64,000 bases of DNA from Epiperipatus broadwayi (taxonomy: Eukaryota > Animalia > Onychophora): contig JAQFVV010000001.1 in the NCBI GenBank assembly GCA_028023455.1, positions 5,642,001 through 5,706,000 of the forward strand, given 5' to 3'. Positions 51,332-62,233 of this stretch are shown one piece after another (the stretch's first letter is position 1; the number at the start of each line of letters is the position of its first letter). A model generated the notes under the pieces. It had not been told where the DNA came from and searched no databases. It saw nothing but the letters and a program-made list of their open reading frames with translations. The position numbers and the translations under genes were made by a program.

Positions 51332-52702
51332 AGAGTAGGCACTAGATAAGGATTTTATGCACAAACCTTCCTGCATCCACTGATTACTCTGGCTTGCACT
51401 GAGTGGTGCTACTGTATGGAAAGTTTTGCCTCTGTGAAAAACAGCTTGTGTAAGCATAAAGAATGGTGATCATGTGATGTTTGATGGTTTAATTTTCCTT
51501 AATTATAGTTGATTAAAATATTCTCAATATGTTAGCAAAATAAAAGATGTAATTTATAAATTCTTCATTATTAGTTGTTTTTTTTTACTTTTAAGATTAT
51601 ATTTTCTTTAGTTTTGTTTCTTGTTCACACTTTTTTTTTTGAATGTGAAATCTTTAATAATGTAAATTTTTACATTAAAAATACATGCCATCAATTTATT
51701 TTATATATTTAACAAGTGATTTAAGAGGATTTATGAAGTATGTGCATATAACTTTGAAAATATATATTTTTCATATACAAAATTAAAGGTAATTAAATAA
51801 AATAATAAACCCAACCAAAGATATGTGCATGCTGTATTTAAAGATGACATATATATTTTTATATACATGCAAAGTTATTTAAAATTTATTAGAAGAATTA
51901 TAATCATCCTTTATTCCATTCTCAATCTCAGCATACATTATTCTTAAATAGTGATTTTGAATCATCTAATATATAAAAAGAGATAGTAACACAGCAAATT
52001 GAATGAATATTTAAGAAATAATTAAGATAATAAATCAGTCTAGAATTCTATAAATGTGGTACTAGAAAGTTGAAAAGAATTATTATTCTGAAAAAGTCCC
52101 GAGAAATAAGTAAGAGTGAATATTCTGAGCAATGTAAATCGATGATGATGATCAATTCTAGTAATGATCCAGATACTGACCAATTTTGTGATAAGATGAA
52201 TAATAAAAAAGTTTGATGATGTTGAGTTGAATAGATATTAACACAGCTCTGTTCATTACATATGATACACTAACATGCAACATATTCAACAATCATTTAT
52301 CAAATCTCTACTTTGGCATCAATTCCATAATAGTTATCACTTTTCCATGTGTTACAATATATATATATATATCACAATACAATCTCTCTACATTATAAAC
52401 AATAGGCAATTATATATTTTGTCTCCAATAAAACATTCCAAGGTAACATTTTAGCAAATTATCAAAGCTATTTACCTAAATCATCCTTAACCATATTTTG
52501 TTCAACCTTTATATTTGTAAACAAGATTTTAAACTCCTCTTGGGAATAGTAGTAAACATCGGGCATTGTAGGTATCTCTAATTCCATCAGGGGTAGACAT
52601 CAAAATGGCATTCTCTCCCACCTGCTTTATAATTTCATAAGGGTCGTCCTACAAATTTAGGAACTATCTAAACACATTTTTCTGGGGTTACTGACATGAG
52701 GA

Positions 52703-54365
52703 GGTAAAAGCCTGAAATCCGGGCACAGCCGCTTAGGGCATTGTTTACGTGTCAAAACACATAAAAAGGCTGTTTCGGCAGCCGCAGCCTTACAGGCTAA
52801 TACAACATTTACGTATTGTATTAAGCCATTGAAGCTGGGCCACTTTACATGACATTGCACAAAAATATTACGGCCTGTTTTGTGCTTCGAAGCTATTTAT
52901 GCGTATTCGTTCTATTCATAGCTGATTACCATATCACTTGAGGGTGTTTAAATTTCAAGACGGTATGACTTTTTCAAATCTCCGTAATAGAGTAATGTTA
53001 TTTTGATTTAAAAAATGTTGTTAATTATTAATAATTGTCATATGGTCCTCACCCTTCCTGAAAAAAAAGGTTAATATGTAAAAAATTGGCAAAGTGTATG
53101 TTCGAACAGGCTTCGACAAAGCTCACGCGCTAAGTCACGTTTCAGCATAGGGGAAAATATTCGAGACCGTGCAATTTTGAAATTTTTCTTCAGAATTGCC
53201 GAGTACAGAAAGTGTGCGAGATTGTATTTTTTTTTTTTTTTGTCAGGCACGCATAATGTCCATTTTTTATTACAGCAATAAAATCGAATAAATAATTGTA
53301 AAAAGTCCAAAGTTTGTATCCTTTTTTGTTGTTTTTTATTTCATTAGAAATTGACAAGTATTTGGATTCAATTTTTTGCAGCGGGGTTAAAACAAATGAC
53401 GACTTTGGTTGACTTTTTGTTAAGAATAACAAATTACAAAATACCCCCACCCTCACAAGCAGTTTATTGTAGAAGGCTAAAAAAAAAAAGGTAATTCAAA
53501 CGAAATAGAAATCAAAGTAAAAAGTGAGAAAAAGTTGTTTAAAAAAAAGAAAGAAAAGTTAAATTCTTGACTTTTTGGTTACAATTCTTTTTCGAGTGTG
53601 TGGGGGTGGGTGTTTGAAAACAATTTTTTAATCGGCAAAAACACAAAAGTAAATTTTGATTTAATATTAAAAAAAACAATTACGTCAACTAAAAAGAAAT
53701 CAAAATTCGAAACAAGTCCCAAAGTTGATTCTCTTTTTTCAGCACTGTTAAAATAATTGACTATTTTTGTTGCCTTTTTGTTAATAATAACAGTACGAAT
53801 CCCCCCCCCATCCCCCGCTCAAAAAGCTGTTTCTTGTAGTAGCCCCCCCCCCCCAAAAGGCTAATTCAAACATAATCTAAATCAAAGTGAAAACAAGTTG
53901 TGTTTTTTAAAAAAAAGTAAAATTAATAATAATAAGAAAAACCATTTAGTCAAGCCAAAAAAAAAAAAAAAAAAGAAAGGTAGAATTAAGTTCTAAACAA
54001 GTCCAAATAATTGTATTATATTTTTTCGGCGGTGGGATTCAAGCAAATTTTTTGATGTTGTGAAATGGTCCGAATTTTTCAAATGATAAAAAGAAAAAAT
54101 ACAATTAGCAAAATTTGTTGAAAAAATGTCAGTCAGGTTCCAAAAAAACCCACAAAAAGTAATGAAAATGAATATCAAAATTTGTTTAATAATAAAGAAA
54201 TCATGTTCTAAATGAAATAAAAATTATTCGTTTTAATCAATATTAGAAAAAAAAAAACTTGTCTAAAAAAAGAAAAAGTTGCGGCGGCCCGGTAACATTA
54301 TATTTCATTGATTTTGTCTAGCATCAATGCTCCAAGTGGCTTTGCCCGAATTTCAGGCTTTTACC
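52703..54365. mobile_element. Non-autonomous Merlin (IS1016-like) type DNA transposon, 1663 bp
   Basis: Terminal inverted repeats GGTAAAAGCCTGAAAT (16/16), extending imperfectly to ~85 bp. Perfect 8-bp TSD CATGAGGA at 52695-52702 and 54366-54373. No transposase ORF; internal direct repeat ~53401-53560 vs ~53765-53930. The superfamily is inferred from GG termini plus the 8-bp TSD. Confidence 0.8.
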
Positions 54366-54373
54366 CATGAGGA

Positions 54374-55140
54374 GTTTCTGATTAAAACATAATCATTAAC
54401 TTTGAATGAATGTGAACCAGTCCTAGAATGATGGGTGCGTTTATCACTTATCTTTTTAAGATTGATTCTGGCTACTGCTTGATCACGTTCTATGTCTACT
54501 ATTTCTATAATGACAGGTAAAGGAGTTTTGATAAGCAATGTTCAGACCTCTGAAATGTAATCTAATCAGATAAATTTTGGTGGATTTATTGATTGCAGCA
54601 TTAATGTAATGAATTACCTGAGATTGGTTGTTAATCCATTGCTTATGACCCTGTTCAAGATATACTCTGAACAGTCTTCATAATTCTTGCATTATTCGTT
54701 CATAGGGATTTGATTGGGGGTTTCTAATGTAACACATAATACATTTGATATTATTTTTCTTACCCACTTCTTCCATGAACCAGGTATAAATGTGGTAGCA
54801 TGATTGATTAAGATAGAGGCAGATTTGCCTAGTAAAGATATTTGGAATTTTTCTAAGCATCTTATGACATTTTTGGCATCAGTTTTTGGGCCTAGGTGAG
54901 CAGATATGTATTTTGTAAATACATCATATATCACCAGAATAAATTTTTGACGATTAAATGGTGGAATTGGCCCATAAAAATCTAGGGCCAATAATTCATT
55001 GGGCAGACTGGGTAATATGGGTTGAAGTGACCCAGTATAAGAATGATTTCCAAATTTGGGTTTTAAACAAATCTCACACTCTGTAAGTATTAAAATAAAA
55101 ATATTGTTTAATTACATGTTCTATCTTTTGAACACTATAG
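54374..55140 (-). pseudogene. Gypsy integrase core, frameshifted
   Basis: ALDFYGPIP…ILVIYDVFTKY (54692-54991) and YIRNPQSNPYERIMQEL (54678-54860), with HHCC-like remnants upstream. Confidence 0.85.
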
Positions 55141-55166
55141 ATCATATTGACAGTGAACATAATATA

Positions 55167-55868
55167 TCACTTATTTATCAAACAAGGTGGTACAACTATC
55201 CTCCATGAATTTTCATCCCCCCTCTTTAATTTGTTCATCAAGATCCCATCATTGAGCATATACCTATTGCTAATCCTAGTGGCATATTTAGTTGCTTTAT
55301 GTAATCTAATTGGATCTGATAATAAATTAACAATTTTTTTAAGCCCTATAACTTGTGCTTGCAAAACTGCTAGATTCTTATAATCAAATATAATTTCCTC
55401 CTCTAATAAAACATATATATTACAAATGATGATATTTTCTGCGCTCAGATTTTGGTAACTAATAGAAATAGGATTACGGTTAAGTATGTCTGCAAAAATG
55501 TTCTCCTGATCTGAACAATAAATGACTTTATAATGAAATTGTTGGAGATAAAGATTCCACCTAATCAATCTTTCATTAAGGTAACCTTTATTAATATAAA
55601 ACTCCAAACTATGGTGGTCAAATAGCACTATGACTTCAGATCCCAGTAAAATCTGTTTAAGCTTTTGGAACCCCCAAACCACAGCTAATGCCTCTTTCTC
55701 TGTTGTTGTATAATTTAATTCCGACCCTTTGAAATGACAACTCAGAAAATATAACACCCTAGGTCCATTATTATCACTAAGTTGATACAAAATGATCCCT
55801 AAACCAAACCCACTACTGTCTATCTGTAAATAAAACTTTTTGTTAAAATCCAGATAAGCTAATATCAC
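55167..55868 (-). pseudogene. pol: Gypsy RNase H / integrase-proximal pol fragment
   Basis: 233-aa ORF with FYLQIDSSGFGLGIILYQ…NYTTTEKEALAVVWG…VLFDHHSL…RLIRWNLYLQQFHYKVIY. Confidence 0.9.
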
Positions 55869-58800
55869 TGTTTTTTAAGAAATTTGCTTTAATAGTTTGA
55901 AATTCTGTTATATGCTCTTGGGTCCACTTCACTTTTCACATTTGTTTATTACCACTTTTCATATTTGTTTGATAATACTGACAAATATACAGTATCATAG
56001 GAAAAGTTTTTGTAAAACTGGTGATAATAGTTACAAAGTCCCAAAAATGACCTCACATGCTTGTTTTAGAAACAGGAAACTTTTGGATAGCTGCTTTTTT
56101 ATCTGGGTGAGGTTTTATTCTTTCGTCATTGATCAAATGGCCAAGAAAGGTAATCTGTCATGTAGCTATGGTCAATAACCTCAAGGTGAATTTGGAAAAA
56201 TGTACCATAGCTTCATGTTATATTACCTTTCTTGGCCATTTGTTTTGTAGTTGAATCAGTGCTTGTCAGATGTTTTAGATCAATGTGATATAGGGAGGTG
56301 CATTGAATTCTCATTCCCTTGTGCCACATCAGCATACAGAGCATAATACCCAACTGAATGCATGGCCAGAAGTGTAGCCATTGTGTTGCCAATGGTCGTA
56401 GACATATTTCCTACACCATTGATCTTACACTTTGGTTGGTAATAGTAAGACAGCAAAAACTGCAATCCACCATCATGGAGCAAGTCTAATATATATTCCA
56501 AATGATTACCTTGCCAGACAGATGCACATTCCTGTACTGGACAAGGGTCATTCTTTCTTTAATATCATGCTACAGACGCACTTTCCTGTCAGCATGATTT
56601 TTTATGCTAACATCCTAATTTTGCATTGATCACATCAGTATATTAGTAAGCTGTCATTGGTTTGGACGTGAACTTGTAGCCTGAAGTTAAAAAAATCGAG
56701 CATATAAAAATCTATGTAGCATATTTACGTTTAACAAAATATTGAAATTGTATTAAATTTTAAATTCATCCATCTGTGCAAATGACGTAAATTAAATTCA
56801 TTCAATAACTAATTTAGTTTCCAGAATTTTTCTTTTAATGTGTGTGCATAATACTAAAAATGCTTTTGATTAATTTTGGCAGTAACTTATTTTTATATAT
56901 TTTTATTAATAATATTTTTTAAAAAAATCAAGAGTTAGAGAATTTTAAATAGACAGAGTGATAGTTTAAGCCCAGCTAATCCATGAGCTAGTGACTAGGG
57001 CTATTGGTCGATAAAAAGATGGAATCTTACCCATATGTATCTGCTTACTGTATAAATATTCTAGGTTCTAATAACCTAGTGGCACTCTGGTATGGCATAT
57101 AGGGATAGAGTCTTCACCTGACCATTATACTATGATACATGAACTGTCTAGCTTAACCTTAATATTCACATCAATTGTAGTTTCCTGTATATTCATCAAT
57201 TGATTAGCCTGACTAATAAAATTTACTACAAAAGAACAAATTTCCTTTTGACATCCAAAAGTTATACTTTTATAATTGTTAAAACAATTGTTTAGAATCA
57301 TGAAGTCGGATCCAATTATGGCTTCATGAACCAAACCTGGCATTATTAAAAAGACATGTCCAAATTTAGAAGAACTGATTTCTAAAGTGATAAAAATTTG
57401 TTTGTCAAACAACTTCGTTCCCTTTCCATTAGCCAGCGTTACTTGTATCACCTCAATTGGCAGGATTGGAATTGTCTAGTCAACATTACTAATTTTCAAG
57501 TAAGTTTCCTCAGAGAATAAAGATGCCTGACTGCCTGAGTCTAACTAAGCAGCTATAATAAACCCTGCAACAGTAACCCTTATATTGGGCAATTATACAA
57601 AATAGGTGGCTCAGTCATTTTATAAGGTTCTAAAAACTCAATATCGAGATGTATGTGCTTTATTAATCACATCATCATATTCTACAGTTGTTTAGAGATA
57701 GGGTCCCAAAGTGAAACACTTTCCTACAAAGTCCTACTTAGTTTAATGTCCCAGTACTCTTTTAGCCAGTAACATTTTTTTTGGAATAGTTAGTAGATCA
57801 CTAATAGACAGTTGGGTACTATGTGAGACTTTCATTTTGGTGCTTTGTCTATTAATATGAGTTCCTCCTTCCCAATAAAGACTCATCCTATGACTATTCT
57901 TATTTCTCATTAATTTTCTCCTATTATGGCTTGGCATAGCCAGAAAATTAATGCTATTTATAGAGGGGTGGGTGTCCCTATTTATCTTCATTTGGTTATC
58001 AAGACTTTTATCACGTTGTGGCAATTAATTATCTGTTCAATATGTCTAGACAGATTATGATGGAGTATCCTGACTATCTGCTGCTCAGCCAAAGGAAAGG
58101 CAGTTAAAATTTTTAATTTTACTGCCTGACTCTTGAAGAATTGTATATAGCTGCCTTTGTGCACACTATATTTCTCTTGTGATATTTGATAATGAATATT
58201 GTTCTGGCAATCTTCTCCCCAAAATATCACCAGAATGAGTAACTTAAAATCTCCATAGGTTTGGGGCTTGTCAAATAAAGACTGCCACCAATCCTTGGAA
58301 GGTGCATATAGATGATTGCTAGCAAGAACAATCTTTTCAAATTCTGAGAAATTACATAATGCAAATAATTCCTCTAATCTCTGATGATATTCATAAGGAT
58401 TTTCCAAATATTCACCCCTGAATACCTTTATTTTTAAAAATTTTAGTACCATTGAACTGTGACTCTGAGTCATGTGTTCTACTAGTAAATCCTTCTAGCT
58501 TTCTTGGTTCTGGCCTTATTTGATTCATAAAATTATTTAATTCTGGAATTTGTTCATTACTACATACTTCTTTTACCTTAGTCTCTGAAAAAATCCCACT
58601 TTTAATATTTACACTAGCCTTTATTGGATTATGCTCTACAATTTCTGACTTGCTTTAACCTTCCTAAGTTTAATTTATGATTTTGTAACTCACAATCCAT
58701 TTTTGTCATTATCTTTTCATTAATATTTTCTATTTGCACTGGCTTATTTACAGTATCATTTACATTTTATGTCTCTTTATTTAATTTCTGACACATTTTA

Positions 58801-59272
58801 TCCACTTCTAATAACTTGAATTGTAATTCACTTTTAAAATTATCTATAATTAAACTAGATTGAGATTTTATAATTTGTACTTCCTGATCAATTGGACTTA
58901 CTTGACTACCTAACTGACTGTCAACTTCCTTTACCTTTAATTCTATTGTGTTTGACTTACTTTCAGAAATTTGATTCATTTGTATAAAGTGCTGTTCAAC
59001 ACTATTAATGGTTTCTATTCTCTTCTGCTCAAATTTTTCATTTAATTTCTTATATAAACAATCTTCAAACTGTATTTTAAATGCCACTATTTCATTTTCA
59101 AATCCATCTGATGATTGAATTTTATCCTCTAATCTCTCTTTTAAACGTTCAAACTCTTCAGTCACTTGAATTAACTTATCTTCTAGTTCACATTGAAGCA
59201 GTCAATCTTAGCTTAAGATTGAGCTTCATAGTTCCATCTATTATTCAAACCCTATAACAATCTCACTCCTTT

Positions 59273-62233
59273 TGTCGTGTATATATCTTTTATGTATATA
59301 TTTGAGATGCACGCCTAAGTTATAAAATTTTAATGTTTCAATAACATTTTTTAAAAATTATTATTAATTCTTTTTTATTAAATTAATGTATATAGGTGTG
59401 GCTCAGATATATATATATATTATAGGAGCAAAAATACTAACAAAATATTGATTTTTTAAAATATTTTATTATACGTCATTTTTTTTAACTTTTTCTTTTT
59501 AAATTGCTTGTTTTTCCTATTAAACTCTATATTTTATAAAATCCAAGATGGAAGATGCAACTGTTAATTGTCCAAAAATAATTAAAGGGTTGGAAACACT
59601 ATTGTTTTAATCTGGGGAAGGTATTTTTAATTAAAGTTTTTACTTAAAATAAAATGGGGATTAAGATTAACGATTGTACTTTTGTTATAAACATTTTGTC
59701 AAATCTATTTCCAATCTGGAAATAGATTTGAATATATTTTTGGAATGTTATCTAACAGTTGCATCTTTCAAAAACAATGGACAAAGAAATGTAAAATTTC
59801 TGTTAGATTAAAGATTACATTTGAGCTAGAGATAAGAAATGGAAAGCATTCTTCAAATACCTGGGCCGGGGTATAAAACAGCCGGATTTTAAATCACCAA
59901 CAGATTAGCTACTATTGAGAGAACTGTGCAGTTAACTGAATCCAAGCTGTGTTGAAATGTAAGCATAAAAATCTCGTCACCTTTCTGTCCAGTGAGGGTC
60001 ATCTTCCGCTGCCATTATATCATGCTCCCATAGAATGAAGTAAAAGCCCGACTGGAGAATTGTGGAATGCTGAATAAAAGCTTGCTGTTATTTAAGAACC
60101 AATTGCCATGCATGAGCAGACTTTAAAATACGGACTCTTAAAATAGTGCAAGGTATATTTTCAAGCCATAAGTAAAACTAGTCTAACTAATCTCAAACTC
60201 TATTATCAAGACTTCTCCTAATGTATCATTTAACTTTATTTCTAATATATAATATGGAAATTGTTCTCAAATAATTTCTATAAATTTAATTCTCTCTCAT
60301 ATGCTCTACCTTTCTTTAATTTTGGTGCAGTCATTTATTTATAGTTATTTATTACTTGATTTTATATGTCTATTTTAGTTATTAATATGCCAATCTCAAA
60401 CAATCTGATGAGTTGAATTTTGTAAAATCTTTTCTTTCTTTTTATGTAAACCTTCATGAATCAAGGTTAATAACGTCCCCTTAAAATATAATGCATTATT
60501 AATTAATACGCTCACCAGATTGTTTTTACAAGTCAACATTTTGTTTATGTTTTAGTGTAAAAAATTGTTATTTGTTTAACTCTGGATTTTCTACCGGGGT
60601 GAATCCAGAACTTAAGCTAATCTTATTTATTTTATAAATGTTATTTATTCAATTCTGAAAGGGTGACTTATTAGTTGTTCTCTATATAACTGCTAGTTAT
60701 TTTCTTTTTCCATACTCTTAAAATATATGCTTAAATGTTCTCAGTTGTAAAATCCGTGGTGGGATTGAATCATTTTTAAACAGCAGAAAAAAAGGGGGTA
60801 GAATTTAATGTATATTTTATTATTTTAGTAATTAAGTAAAATCTTGTATATATATTACAGCGGCATTGCACATTATCTGTATAAATTATGGCATTCAAAC
60901 TAGGGTCATTTATTTTTAAAGCAGTAAAACTTATTCAATGTCGTTAGTGACATTTATCATTACTGCGTTACTGACATTCAGCCTATCTTCATATATATAT
61001 ATATTACGTGCTTCTAATCTGGGGGTTGTGACAAGTTCGAACCCATAGATTTCTTCTCAAGCCTTGTCCTGAGGATAGTTGACCTTCCCAGGACCATTTA
61101 TTTCGTATAAAAAGGCCTCTGGCGGTGATTCCTGTAAGTCTGGCACATGCTATGCCTATCCACTTTCTTTGTATAAAAAGGCCTTGCATCGGTTATATCA
61201 GTAAAGTCGGCCACAGCATGCCTTATCCACTTTTCTCTAAGTACTGCCCAAGAAAGAGGGTGTTAGACTTCATCTTTCGTCCAGAAGCACGACTTTTCCT
61301 GTTATTTCTTGGCTATTATGTCAGCACCGCAAACTTCTTCGTATTATTATTTCTTTTGCTTCATGACCCAGTTTTAATGCTCTAATATTAAAATTGCGCT
61401 CTGCTCAAAATATATATAAATGCCAACTATTACTAGTTTTATTAATTAAATTTATTTCAATCTTATTATACAATCCCATCATATTAATTTGTTATTTATG
61501 TATTTAAGAGTATTTGCCTCGGGAAAATAAAATGTTCTTCTTACCAGTGCTAATTAACAGAATTTTCATTAAGTATTTTTGTCATATAATCAAATATGTT
61601 TTCAAATGTATTTTATTTATTTTCATGACCGTAATGGTGTGAAAATAGTTTATATTATATCTGTAATGAATCTCAGAATGCTCCCCGAAATAATGTTAGT
61701 CACCATGTTTCAGAACCATAATCCAAAGCATTAATAGCAATTTTATGTGAATTCTTTCTAATAATCGATTGGCATCTTAATATTGGACCCACCAAAGATG
61801 TGTGTTTATTTATAATATATTATTTAGCTAATAAAGAGCATATGAGAAATATAGCGTGAATGACAATATATAATTATCTATTGTTTGGTAGACCGCTTGC
61901 TCATTCACGCACATACTAATGTATGCAATTAATTTATAAATGTATGTATAATAATTTGTCATTATATTAAACTATATTTTTATTGTCTAACTTATTTGAG
62001 TAATTCAAATTCTCTTTTTCTCCACTTCCAAATGTACAGCTTTTAGTTAAGTCATAGTTAATAGATGTCTCATTGTCTTTTCCGCTCTGCTAGTGGGCCG
62101 GATTTAAAATTAATTCTCATGTGCCATCATTGTTATGTTACCCATTAGGTGTTTGATCTGGAGCTTATGGAGTGGGTTCAAATCCAGGTTGGTCCCTGAT
62201 CTAAATCTCAGGCTTGACTGGGTTTGAAGTACA
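59273..62233 (+). mobile_element. Solo-LTR-like insertion (outer, ~1.37 kb net) splitting the Gypsy gag
   Basis: Begins TGTCGTG and ends GTACA, with T-rich flanks CTTT/TTTT (an imperfect 4-bp TSD). The gag coiled-coil reading resumes on both sides. Duplicated TATAAAAAGG modules at 61106 and 61172; AATAAA at ~61527. Confidence 0.55.
59421..60991 (+). mobile_element. Inner solo-LTR-like element inserted in a (TA)n tract
   Basis: (TA)n runs on both sides (59407-59420 and 60991-61004). Starts TATAGGAG and ends CTTCA, with GGGTATAAAA at ~59869 and AATAAA at ~60074. Confidence 0.5.

Larger units (their letters stand above)
50581..51493. mobile_element. Inverted + tandem cluster of the hammerhead-bearing ~437-bp unit (PLE pseudo-LTR / retrozyme-like)
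   Basis: 50581-50915 is a minus copy of ~51127-51440. 50921-51056 is a partial plus copy joined head-to-tail to a full unit at 51057-51493, and both plus copies end GATGGTTTAAT. Confidence 0.85.

Noticed and set aside
60405-60430. CTGATGAG motif as a hammerhead (similarly CTGATGA at ~38354, 59115, 63471)
   Set aside because: No correctly placed GAAA or stems; several lie within TE coding remnants.
60755-60810. GTGGTGGGATT(G/C)AA hAT-like terminus (also ~54030)
   Set aside because: No partner TIR or TSD found; too short to call.
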